From Balanoglossus misakiensis (taxonomy: Eukaryota; Animalia; Hemichordata): a DNA stretch of 64,000 nucleotides. The position numbers were made by a program, and so were the translations under genes. The DNA lies in NCBI GenBank assembly GCA_040954595.2, contig CM082578.2, positions 12,338,520 to 12,402,519 on the forward strand, given 5' to 3'. The notes beneath the pieces were generated by a model. That model made no database searches. It had not been told where the DNA came from and was given only the letters and a program-made list of their open reading frames with translations. This document shows, piece after piece, positions 1-11,667 of this stretch. How positions within the stretch are numbered: the stretch's first letter is position 1; the number at the start of each line of letters is the position of its first letter.

Positions 1-677
1 GTTAAAAACCAGATGTCCCCCAGTTCCCCCTGCAGTGGGCCCGTTCTCTGGGATCGACATTACATCACTGTCTGAGAATTTTTTTTCTTCCAGTTTTCCT
101 GTCTTTTCCAGGTGTAAACAATTTTCAGAAGCACTTCTCATCCAAATTAAATTTTATCCTACCCTGGGGACGGCTGGCTTTTTGACACCTACCGTGATGT
201 ATGGCTGTGTGGCACATGGGGTTATGTACACGTCTGGTCTTTAGCATCTGAATTGATTATGCAGAGTTCATAAGTTCCTTGAAAGTCCAGGAATTTTGAA
301 TGACAAATTTTGAAATCCATAAAGTTGAGTGACTTCCACCACTTCATTTAGCGTAAACAGATTTTTCCGGTTGGAAATTAAACTTTGCGATGCTGTTTGT
401 ATGCACTCAGCCAATCTAAAATATTAAAAACAAATCAAACACTCAATGAAATAGTTCAATTATTACAACAACTAGTAACTGCTGTATAAATTCCTATAAA
501 CTTTAGGTGAGTTTCAAATATTTTGTTCGGATTATAAAAATAAACATTATTATTTGGTACATAATAAAAATGTTTCATCCACGTTCATGTCTGAATTTCT
601 GAGTCCCTAAGAGCTCTAGCTACAGTTGAGAATCAAACATCAAGTTGTAATCACGGGTGTTAATAAGTTAAGGGTGT

Positions 678-2297
678 TTATACACATTCACCATCATTCT
701 CTAAGTTTGTTAACAGAGAATGGCGGTGATGGCTGGATCTCTTTTTGTACAGTCTGGTGAACATGACAGCGGCTATGATAAACATCAGGACCAGAGCAGC
801 CGTCACTCCGAATACGACCGGAACAACCGTGTTGGTGTCTCCAACGGTGGCTTCTTGTGCCCCACTGGTACTTGGCGTAGTTTCAGAACACGTCAAATTT
901 GCGCGCTCAACCTCTAGCAAATCGGCATTCAGGTACCGCGCCGGCTGGTAACACTGCAGGCCCCGGATGGACCTCTGCACCCGCTGGCTACTTCGCTGAA
1001 GCCAGGCTGTGAACTCGGAGAGCAGACAGTCGCAACTCAGCTGGTTCCTACGCAGGTCGATGGCGCCCGTTTTGTTGCCCGCGAAGAAGTCGGAGAACAC
1101 CATCCCCGGTAATTGTGTGATGCGGTTGCCGTAGAAGGAGAGCGAGGTCAGACTCGGCAGATGGTCGAAGGCCCCAGAGTGAACAGAGAGGATGCGATTT
1201 CTGGCCAAGCTGATGGTTGATAGCTCTGTCAGATTGGCGAAAGCGTCGGCTCCCAGGTGAGAGATGACGTTATCCGAGAGGTCGAGAACCTTCAGGTGAA
1301 GCAGCGGTGACAGTGCGGCTGTTGGCACCTGGTGTAGGGCGTTCTTCGACAGAGTGATTCGCTCTAATTCGGGCAGCGCAGAGAGTGACGCCGCGGTGAA
1401 GGTCAAGTCCGACCTGGTGGTGTTTTGAAGCTTCAGTACCCGCAGCTGGGGCAGGAGCTGCAACGCAGTGCTCGGAATGTACCGTAAGGGGTTGTGACAC
1501 AGGCACAGTTGGGTCAGAGAGTGGAGCCCCCTGAAGACCCCTGGCAAGAGGTGTGTGAGTCTGTTGCCCGACAGAGTCAGAATCCTCAGGGATTCTAATT
1601 GGGCGAACACACCCTCTCCGATGAATCTGATCTTGTTCTCATCCAGGAATAAATACTCCAGGGCCTGCAGACCATTCCACACGCCCGGCCGTGTGATTTC
1701 CCGGAATGCGTTCCCGACCAGCTTGAGTCTGACCAGGCGGGTCAGCCGGGAGAACGCGCCGGAAGGCAGGGAGTGCATCTGCTTGTTGTTGCAGACCTCC
1801 AGCCATTCAACAGTCTGCAACTGGTGGAACATGTCCGGTACAAGATTCCCGAAGTTGTCGTTGTTCAGGACCAGTCTCTCCAGAACGGGTAATCCGTACA
1901 GGACGTCAGCGTGGAACACAGAGACGGCGTTGTCGCTTAAATACAGATGGCGCAGACTCGTGAATCTCTCAAATGCCCTGGCTTCCACATTGCCGATGGT
2001 GCAGTATTGGAATTTCAAGATCTGCAACTCGGCACGGAAACTGCCCGCCGCTAAGGTTTGGCTGTCCAGTGTGGCCATGCGACATTCTTTCAACGCCAGA
2101 GAGCGTGTCGTGTTTGGAATCTGGCTGATCGAGGAATTGATTCTCATCATGCTGAAATCGGGAAGCCAACACGTCACTTCGTTTCTGTCCTGGCAGCTGC
2201 ATTCTCGTGGACACCCAGTTGTCATAGCGACAGTGAGAACTGAAAGTGCCACCGCTGTTCTGATAGATTGTACTATTTTCCAACTTTTCGAATTCAT
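678..2297 (-). CDS. Single-pass LRR transmembrane receptor 1 (signal peptide, LRRNT, ~14-15 typical LRRs, LRRCT, TM, short tail), ~539 aa
   Basis: Uninterrupted ORF with hydrophobic signal, CPRECSC..VTC N-cap, LxxLxLxxNxL repeats, NQLSCDC..LQC..P..LTC C-cap and TM VVPVVFGVTAALVLMFIIAAVMF. Start set at ATG 2297 because a splice acceptor (ttgctttcag) lies at 2331 and a GTAAGT donor at 2767-2772, defining a 5'UTR intron. Confidence 0.92.
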   Translation of the reverse strand: MNSKSWKIVQSIRTAVALSVLTVAMTTGCPRECSCQDRNEVTCWLPDFSMMRINSSISQIPNTTRSLALKECRMATLDSQTLAAGSFRAELQILKFQYCTIGNVEARAFERFTSLRHLYLSDNAVSVFHADVLYGLPVLERLVLNNDNFGNLVPDMFHQLQTVEWLEVCNNKQMHSLPSGAFSRLTRLVRLKLVGNAFREITRPGVWNGLQALEYLFLDENKIRFIGEGVFAQLESLRILTLSGNRLTHLLPGVFRGLHSLTQLCLCHNPLRYIPSTALQLLPQLRVLKLQNTTRSDLTFTAASLSALPELERITLSKNALHQVPTAALSPLLHLKVLDLSDNVISHLGADAFANLTELSTISLARNRILSVHSGAFDHLPSLTSLSFYGNRITQLPGMVFSDFFAGNKTGAIDLRRNQLSCDCLLSEFTAWLQRSSQRVQRSIRGLQCYQPARYLNADLLEVERANLTCSETTPSTSGAQEATVGDTNTVVPVVFGVTAALVLMFIIAAVMFTRLYKKRSSHHRHSLLTNLENDGECV

Positions 2298-5200
2298 GAT
2301 TTCATTCAGTCTTAACAGGCAGAACAAAGCCTGAAAGCAAAACAAGTTTTAGACATGTGAAAAAATTGCATTAAAAACAACTTAAAAGTGCTGCCCATTT
2401 TTGACTGAGATTAAAAGTTTAACTCCTGAAAGGTAATATTTCATCTCAACTTTCTGCCATCAAATATCAACCCGACAAAAAGAAATCTGATTTTTGCACT
2501 CAGTCAAAGCTAGCTTGTTTTGGCATTGTGAGAATTATATTGATCTCGAGAAATGAAAACAAACAATTGTACCAGTAGAGGGAGATGTCTGACAAGCTGA
2601 TCATGTATTCACAGCTCAAACAGTAAGAGTGCCCCCTACCATGCATGCGTTCTTTGATCAGTACAAAAGGCACACCTTTGCTTGCGGCCAAGGTCTGGAT
2701 CTTTCTGGGCAGCTGGATGCTTTAGTGGTAGAGCGATATATAATCTGGGCGATATACAAAAGGGGAACTTACCTTGAAGTGAATGGATTCTGAGTTTTCT
2801 GTCTGTTGATGCCCGTAGTGTAGTGGTCAACAGTCACTGTTGCAATGGCTTAGCCGCAGCCTGACCTAAGAAATCTGAGAAATCAGCAAACATGCTTTTA
2901 TTGAGTTTGTCAACATATGTGCACTATGTGTTATATAACATAATGTTTGACTTTGAGTTTTAATGACTGTTAGTTGTGTACAGTCACCATGGCAATTAAT
3001 TTACTTGATAACATCCACCAATTAGCCTGACCTGACCTTAAAATTAAAAAAAAAATATTTTTTTTTTCATATTCTCTGAAGCTAGTAAAAAATGCAAGAA
3101 TTTCATCAAAATGACAGGAACCAGAGATAATTGTCAACAAAATGTTCCAAGCCAGTTGTATATGTTATAAATGTAGATAATGGCGATTGAACTTCTGAAG
3201 AAAGTACATGTATTGGAACATGCAACAGCTAGGATAAAGACCCAACGAAAATAGTCAAAACATAAGTTTCAATTAAATTTATATCTGTAAGATCGGTATT
3301 TCCAGAAAGCCGAAACAAATCTAATCACTGAACATATGGATCAACAATGCCACAGTTTCCTTTACTATGGTCAGAACAATTCAACATTATTTCTGAAAAC
3401 CATCTGTGTACCGGTAGATGCAACATGTTTTTGGTGATTATAATCCTCCACATTTGTCCACCCTAACTGAGAGAACCTCACCAATGCTCAGAAATTTGTA
3501 TTTTACTTTGATTCGACAGTAGACATCACTCTGCATATTGTGTGTGCAATGACCGCAAAGTGCGACCTTGGCAATGGATTTGTGGTGCAAAGCATGAACT
3601 TGAATGAAATTAAATAGACAGAGTGGAAGTATAGTCAAGACACATGTACACAGTGCCTGTATCTTGAGTCAAGTGGTGACGCATAAAACTTTTATGAAAC
3701 TGTACCTTTAAGATGGAGCTGCAGTAAGTTTCTTCTTCACCTGTGCTCGTAATGTGCTCGCACTATGTAAACATCCGTGGAGAACACAAATATATATGCA
3801 TGCACAAAATACAAAAATTACCCTTGACATCCAAGTCAGGTTGATGAACGAACATATGCGTCACAGTGGGCAGGTTGGGTTTCGAATGCGTTGGCCGCAT
3901 TGAAATGAGGCAGCTGATAAGGTGAAGGGCATGCACTTTCTGCTTAAATGCCCAGTGTATTGTGGGGTGAATTCCATTGTCAACTATGGCTTGTGCTGGC
4001 AGTCAGTCAAAGTACACACTCGTCCTTTTGTGAATGGGATCTTTCCATGTGCGTCAAGCTTGACCTAGCTCAGCTGCGTCTTAACCGCGTTTCTCCTCTT
4101 AGTGTCAGACAAATGGCCAAATTCTTTCGGGACAGAAATTTGCCTCTCTATGGGTGTAGACAGTTTTTATAGCCAGACAGCTGCTGGGGGAACCATTCGT
4201 TGGCCTTGCGATCAGCAACACACGTGTGTTGTCCGTAATAATTCTCAGCAGTTCATTGTAGAAGTTTTTATTTGCCATGATTGTCTTTGTTTTGGAAGTG
4301 CTGGTATAATGACTGGTTTTATCCAGGCACATAGTGGTTGCGTGTAAATCCGTCCGATGATTTTCTTGTGGAATTTACAGACTTTCTAGCAGTCACTGCT
4401 TTTGCCCAAATTGTTCATAGCAGTTTATAGTTATCACAATGGATGATTTGTTTTGGAATACGAGCTCGCAAATTATAATGCAGTGAGGGGAATGTACTCT
4501 TAAGCAGGTTGTTACTATAACTGGATAGGTTGCATGATTGACAGACAATATACGGTAGGCGTGTACCGTACCTGTATGCGTACTCAAACTAGGTCATTTT
4601 GAACCTGAACTAGCTCAGAATTGTAATGTCATACTATATTAGGGCACTGATCATGCGCATAAGAGTAGAGGCAACTATTGAACAATAGGAAACTGAACAG
4701 GGAATGTAAAATATTTTACTTATTCAATTGGGAAGTATGCTCACTTCAAAGCACAATAACTCTTTAACTTTGCTTTGTCTGTTTTCATCTTCCACATTTA
4801 TTTTTTGACTCAGCGGTGCTTTCCAAACACTGCCCTCTATGGACCATTCATGTTGGTGTCACCAATGATCATGCATACCAGCATGGTTCGTGGTGTTCAG
4901 TCTCAGCTGTGAAACTACAGCTGCTTGTCCACAGCAGAGCGCGTTATCTTTTTCACAGAAATCTTTAGAATGTTCATTTTGTAAACCAAATTTTTCTTCA
5001 AGGTGAAATTTTTCTTTAAGGTCCATTTACCTGTGACTTTTGGCTGACTTTCCGTACCGTGGTTCTTTAGAGGGATGTATGGAACAAATGTATATCTGTC
5101 TCAGTGTTGGATCACCACAAAGTCACCTTTTCCCCACTAGAAAGTTTTTGCTCAGCGACAGAGTCAGAGGTTAAACGCAATTGGTTATCACGCATGTTTT

Positions 5201-5463
5201 ACTAGTCATTCACAACTCTCTAATAAAAAGTGGTCCTGAAGGATTTGGATGACATAGTTTATTCTGTGCAAATTGAAAGATGAATAAACATCTGACCTTG
5301 CACTCAGTATTAAAATGTATTTGGTTGATGAGAGTAATAAATTATATTTAGATGATGTAGATGTAGGCAGTGCATGATGAAGAAAAACAGGAAAGATGGG
5401 ATTTGTGAAAAGCAAACGAGGAGTTGGTTGTCATCCTAGAGGTCCACCTATTCGACCTCTGAC

Positions 5464-7071
5464 CTAGCTGGGCACTTCTGTGTCATCCCACAGCCTCATG
5501 GGAAGCCTCAGTCTGTCGTAGCTGGCCTGCTGGTTCACCGAGATCTTCTTCCGCAGTCTCCTGTAGAGACACATGGACACGATGCCAGCCAGCGTCAGCG
5601 CGATGGTCACCCCGATGCCCGCGCAAATGTAGATGGCCATTTTCAAAGAGTGCGAGGTGGTGGAGAACGTTCTAGCGGGAGGGAGGGTGGAATCTGTGCA
5701 GGTCAGGTTCTCCGTGGCAACGTCCAGGAGATCGACACCTGCGAGTCTGTGAGGTGATTGGCAGCGCAGCCCATGCATTCCGGTCTGCGGAGATGACCCG
5801 TTGAAGCGCACCCTGCCCCAGTCTATGAAGTCCTTCATGTTGCAGTCGCAGCTCCAAGGGTTGGAGTAGAGGTTGATGTCCGTGAGCGCGCGGAGCGGCG
5901 CAAAGACGCCGCCCGGCAGCGACCTCAGCTTGTTGAAGGAGAGTTCGAGCAGCAGCAGATCGGCCAAGCCGCTGAAGGCGTCTTCGTCGACGCTTCTCAA
6001 CTGAGTGTGGGAGATGAAGAGGTACGTCAGAGAGGTGAGGTTCTGAAATGCCTTGGCCGGGAGCGTGGCGAGCTGGTTGTTGCTCAGCTGAAGGTTGCAC
6101 AGATGCTTCAGAGAACCCAGCGCCAGGCGGGGAAAAGTGTCCATGTCGAAATTATCGTTTAAGTTGAGCAGCTGCAGACGAGGGACACCAGAGAAAGCGA
6201 GAGGTTCGATCAGGTGCAGGCCTGTCGCCTGGAGATCCAACAGTTTCAATCCGGGTAGCTGGTCCAGTGCAGCCGCGGGCACAGTATTCAGAGGATTGTA
6301 TCTCAGCTTGAGCGTCTCTAAACCGTGCAGTCCTGGATGGAAAAGCTCCGCTTTCAGAAATTTCAATTTATTGTAACTCAGATCCAGCAGTTTTAAGTTC
6401 GACAGGCCCGAAAACATCCCATCGGCTATGTCTGTTAGTTGGTTGCTGGGAACAAGGAGCTCCTCCAGTGCGTCGAGTCCCTCCAGTATGCCGGGGTCCT
6501 CCAAGATTCCCAGCTCGTTGTTCCCCAGTGACAGGAAACGCAGGTTCCGCAGACCCCGGAAGGAGTGCTCCCGTATTTGCAGGGCGGACGGACTGTGCTC
6601 GATTTCCAGCCACTCCAGCCCCTGCAGATCCCGGAACATGTCCGCCGGTATCCGGTCGACGTTGTTGTTGTACAGCTTCAGCTGCTGGAGCCTGGGCAGC
6701 CCGCGGAACACCCCGGCTCGGATCACCTTGAAGAAGTTGTTCTCCAGCTGCAAGAACTCCAGCGCGGGCGCGCCGGCGAAGGCGCCGTCGTCGAGGAAGG
6801 CGATGTACCCGTTGGATACGGTCAGGTGCTCCACGGTGGAGTAGTTGCGGAAGGCCTCCTCCAGAATGGAGAAGCGGGGCGCTTTGAAGTGGAGGTCCTG
6901 CGTCCCCTGCGGGAAGGAGCCGGGCAGCTGGGTGTAGTTGACGCAGACTGTCACGTGTCCTACGCAGGTGCAGTCTGGTGGACACTGCATGCCTGCAGAC
7001 TGCTGGGCTTGGCAGCAAATCAGAACCACAAGGCACATCCTGATTACAGGGTTCTTTGTGGTCATCTTCAT
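5464..7071 (-). CDS. Single-pass LRR transmembrane receptor 2, ~535 aa
   Basis: ORF with signal peptide, CPPDCTC N-cap, LRR array, NPWSCDC..LRCQSP..LTC C-cap and TM AIYICAGIGVTIALTLAGIVSMCLY. First ATG is at 7071, with an upstream acceptor (cattgcag) at 7156. Confidence 0.92.
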   Translation of the reverse strand: MKMTTKNPVIRMCLVVLICCQAQQSAGMQCPPDCTCVGHVTVCVNYTQLPGSFPQGTQDLHFKAPRFSILEEAFRNYSTVEHLTVSNGYIAFLDDGAFAGAPALEFLQLENNFFKVIRAGVFRGLPRLQQLKLYNNNVDRIPADMFRDLQGLEWLEIEHSPSALQIREHSFRGLRNLRFLSLGNNELGILEDPGILEGLDALEELLVPSNQLTDIADGMFSGLSNLKLLDLSYNKLKFLKAELFHPGLHGLETLKLRYNPLNTVPAAALDQLPGLKLLDLQATGLHLIEPLAFSGVPRLQLLNLNDNFDMDTFPRLALGSLKHLCNLQLSNNQLATLPAKAFQNLTSLTYLFISHTQLRSVDEDAFSGLADLLLLELSFNKLRSLPGGVFAPLRALTDINLYSNPWSCDCNMKDFIDWGRVRFNGSSPQTGMHGLRCQSPHRLAGVDLLDVATENLTCTDSTLPPARTFSTTSHSLKMAIYICAGIGVTIALTLAGIVSMCLYRRLRKKISVNQQASYDRLRLPMRLWDDTEVPS

Positions 7072-10000
7072 CACAGTGGTGGCCAGGGAATTAAATGCTC
7101 TCAATGCAGTGTTTCAGTATCTATGAGTTTCAGATCTGTAGTACTTGACCAGACTCTGCAATGATAATGTATTAAGTCTGTTATCGTAAAAGATCAGTGA
7201 TGGGGATTGACATTTATTTTTGTGATGACGTTTTTATTTTTTTTATTTTTGTTCACCATATGTGTTTGAAGCTTAATGGTAACTGTCATCACATGCATAG
7301 TTCTTAGACTAGAATTTCTAAAGTTACGGTAAATAGGAAACAACACTGAATCAGCATTGTCTGTTTGACTGTGAATGCACTTGTACTTGAAGTAGATTCC
7401 TGTGTTTTGTCTCAAAGACACATCATCAAACATGGGCATTCTTGTGCCAAATGGTTCCATAAAAGACTTTATTTAGCGACCCTTGCAATGCAAATTTTAA
7501 CCATTGCCACTGTTGCAATGAATGAATGTGAGTAGTATGACAGGTACATGTACATGTTAAAAGAATTAAATGAATTTGAAACAGAAATGTCTAAAACGGG
7601 ATGACAGTTCTTCAATCCATTGGTTAAATTTGTTTTACACACCACGTACCAATCAAAATGTTCCCACGAAACAGTTAAAAACATTGGAAGTATGGAGGTT
7701 GAAATTGTGGATGGTGAATTTGAAGGTCAAATTGTCAAGGACACGCTGTCAAAAATTTGCATGCATGCTTGTAACAGAGATTTCATCGATATTAAAGCTT
7801 GATTACTGGTAGTTTATGGAACATAACAGGGCTAAAAAAGTAGCTGAAAGAAGTAAAAGGGTAAGAATTCGATAGGCAACAGGTTGAGGATACAGCTGCA
7901 TAATTATGAAGCTAGACAACTCAGTGACATCCATGATGTGTAATTTGCCGGTACTGTCGCAAATAAAAATAATCACAACCGTTGTCACGAATGTCATAGT
8001 ATAGTGTAATCGGTGTGAACAGGACAATTAACTACAAGTATAGCTGCAGCACTTACATTAGGTTTAAACAAATCATGCACGTGCATTCACGAACCCCGAG
8101 AAACAATGAAACCACAGCAGAAATTACCTGTTGACTTGCTACGTGTGAGGTCTGCAGACATGGCCGAAACGTCTCCGTGTGAGGGATCAAACAACAAGGT
8201 GAAGGGTTTGTGCCCAGGAAGTGATTCAGGTCTTTCTACTTTGTTTATCCGCGAGAGCTGGCGTGCGGCGTGGCTGAATGGAAAATGCAAATCGGGGAAC
8301 CCAAGTCCTTTGTGTTCAATGTTCCACTTCATTTACAGTCTTACCTCTTTCACTGCAAACAGTGAACAGGCTTGCTGGTCACATGACTGGATTCCTTCCA
8401 AGTTCTCGGCAGGAATTACATAATTGAGGTGGGTGGGTTGGTGGGGGGGGGGGGGGGGGGGGTCAATGATAAACAAGAAACACACACAAAAAAGGTAGAT
8501 TTTACTTAGAGCTGCCAAATTTTTGCCAGAATTTATGTCAGAATACATCACACAGTGGCAAGTCATGTGTGATGACACGTCAAAGTCTGTCATACAGGGC
8601 CAGCCAAATACAGGTTTGCGTCAGACTTCACCATGAAAATATCAAACAGTGTATAGTCAAACAGTGTACACAAACAAAGTCAGAGGAAATCAGAAAAAAA
8701 AACATTCCTTCATCCAAATAAGTCCATTATTCCAATAACTTTTTTCAAAATATCTCTTTTATTACAATATTTTTTTACCATAACTTTTAACAGCAAGCTG
8801 ACACCCCAAGAAAAACAAACTAAAAACAGTCAGTAATGTTGCTATAGCAACATGAATCATAATACCAGTATTAAAACTGCCGGCCGTGGGAAAGTGCAAG
8901 TCCATCATCAACAATGAATCAGAAAGCCCAGAGTAGTCATGTGCCCTGCATCCATCCAATCACATGTGGGATACCATATCCCACTATGAACACTACGGTT
9001 GCTGTGAAGAATTTTAGAAACAGTTATTGCAGTGTGCAGCATCATGTAGAACTGGACTGCGAGCAGTGAAAGTTGTCAAATTGGGCAGCTACACAGTCAT
9101 TTTCCCACATTTTTTCCTACATAGCACTTTTTTCCACGATGGAGCATCAGCTTGGGTATTTTCCTTCTAAATTACTGAAGGCCAAAGCCTCTACCTTTTA
9201 ACCTGTCAAATTCCATAGAAATTGCCTTCTACTAGTTCTAGTTTCCATTATGGAATGTTCTATTGAATTGAAAATTGGTAGGCATCCTATTAATCAATGT
9301 CTGTAATAAGACAAGCACAAATTTACTGTCAACAGTTATAAATTGAATTATTCAAATCATATATTACTTCATTAACGTTGGTTTGGATGTGGATGGGAAA
9401 AAAAACATTTCAGTAATGGAAGGTATTATCATTGCCTGCAAGTTTCGTAATTCCCGCAGGAAACAAAATTCTTACAAAAAAATAATGCTCTCTTGGTCAA
9501 TGATACAAATTAGTTTTTACACAGGCAATCAAAATTGCATTGCTTATTAATAAAAACTTACATTAAAATTAATATGTCTTGTGAAGATTTGAAATCGTAC
9601 AAGTGGTGCTTTATACTTCTCTTGGCACACACAGTGAAAGTGTGTTTCCTGCCAGGAAGTGTTTTTCACCGATGTGAGTGTAGAGTTGATACTGGCCTAT
9701 TGTTGAATGCTGAAAATTGAAAGTGTATATATACATCAGGTAGAGGGAGCTGGGACCTGTGCTGGAGAATATACAGCAGAATTTGTAAACCTACTAGACT
9801 ACTAGTAACCATGGTGCTAAGCATCTCCGTGTGCGTCCGATTGAAAGAAATGGACTTGGCACGATGTGCACATACAAGCTACATTACATCTGTTAGGACT
9901 ACTTTTCAAATGATGTATAATTTGCTGTCATCATGCTAATTATTGTTCTAGTTGAGGTAAACATCTACTCTAGTGCACACAACATAATTTCAGTCATATA

Positions 10001-11314
10001 ATTCGTAAACAACTCAACTAAACCGCTATTTACTGTTATCATGCCAAGGCACGACTAAAATGAGGCCACTACTGACCTGAAATGAAATGAAAAAAATTTG
10101 TGAGAAAAAACATATGTTTACACATTATTGGTTCAGAAACAATGGCGGTTGGAATTCACATTTGTGAATGTGTGATAGTGATTTGCTCTCATATCCTCTT
10201 GGTCCACTATTTTACCCTGCAGTTGAAAATGTAACCAAAATCCAGCATAGACTGGAAATTTTTAATGAAAATAAGAAATGGCCCTGTTTACTTTCTGATC
10301 GAGTTCTGAAATTGTTCATAATTTTGGAGCTCGGCACATAACATTTTGAAGTGTAAATAATGATTGCGATGTTCCGTCTAGAATATCCAAATTCCAGAAC
10401 GTGCAGTTGCATGTACTCTGAAGTCATCTCACCATTTGAGCACACTGTTGTAAATACAAAATCTGATGTGAAATACAAAGAGGAAAAAAAAAGGTGTGAA
10501 AAACTGGTCGACTTGGAAATCCTGGATCTCTTGGCAGCTTATTATCTCAAAGGCTTCAATTTTTCTGCTTTGAGTGGTACAAACTTGAACATCAAATTCC
10601 TGAACTTTTTAAAGGGTGGTAAACATTCACAAATAATTGCTATTTGAGTCAATAATTTGAATTCACCTGGTAAATCAGATACATTTCTGTATCAGCACCA
10701 ATGCTTTTTTTAACACAGCTGGAAACATTTGAAAGGAGGGCAATCTGACAATCGAACTAAAAAAAACGGATTTTTTTAACTTCTGTTAAAATTAACTTCC
10801 AAGCTGGTGAGCTGATGGCCTACTTTTCACAATAAAAATAAGTGGGCTGAAGATATTTTCCCCGGTGAAATCTTGTTGGAAGACAAAATGGAGTCTGATT
10901 TTGAATCAGCTCTCCATTGATTCAGATGAGAGTAATTAGTCTACTCATTATATAGCTCCTGTTCTTGATTTGTCATTGCTATGACCTTTGACGTGGATGA
11001 CTAATGTCAAACATCACACCATCTTGGCAGGAACTTGTGCCATCGGTATGAACTTATAACATGGTGACCTGTTTCAAAGCGTCACTGAGTTACACATTTG
11101 TGATCTGGTCAAATATGCAGACATTCCAACGCAGCTCTACAGCTATCCAAAAAGCCGGGAATAATAATTATGCTTTTGGAAAGCACACAGGTAGTGGAAA
11201 ATTCCAAGCAGCGTACCGGTAAAATGGCAGTACCGGTAAATGAAAAGAAATGCCCTGTTTTTCTTGACAGCACCCGTGATATCATAAGAGGAAGTGAAAT
11301 AACCAATTTAAAAC

Positions 11315-11600
11315 GATCCAGATTTAATGATACTGGATCATCCAGTTCATCAACGGTGCTGCGATTTTATTTTGGATGGAATGTTTAAAATTATCCAATC
11401 TACTGAAATTTAAATTTTGTTGATATTTTTGAACTAGTGGTGTACATTTGACGACACCGGATTAAGTTCATTTAGCCTGCTGGATCTTATGTACCCAGAT
11501 TATCATGTTGGGTTATCCAGCCTGCTAATCCTGGATCATCCAGTTTATTGACCCTACAGTATCCCACATGCTGTGGCTGGATAATCCAGGATCAGCCAAC
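11315..11600. repeat. Array of CTGGAT-n-ATCCAG palindromic units (probable MITE or satellite remnant)
   Basis: ctggatcatccag at 11333 and 11531, ctggataatccag at 11577, plus several half-sites between them. Confidence 0.55.
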
Positions 11601-11667
11601 TGGAACATCACACTGTTTTACAATTCAGATGAAAGATGACTTATAATCATTCAGTTCTGTAGCTAAT

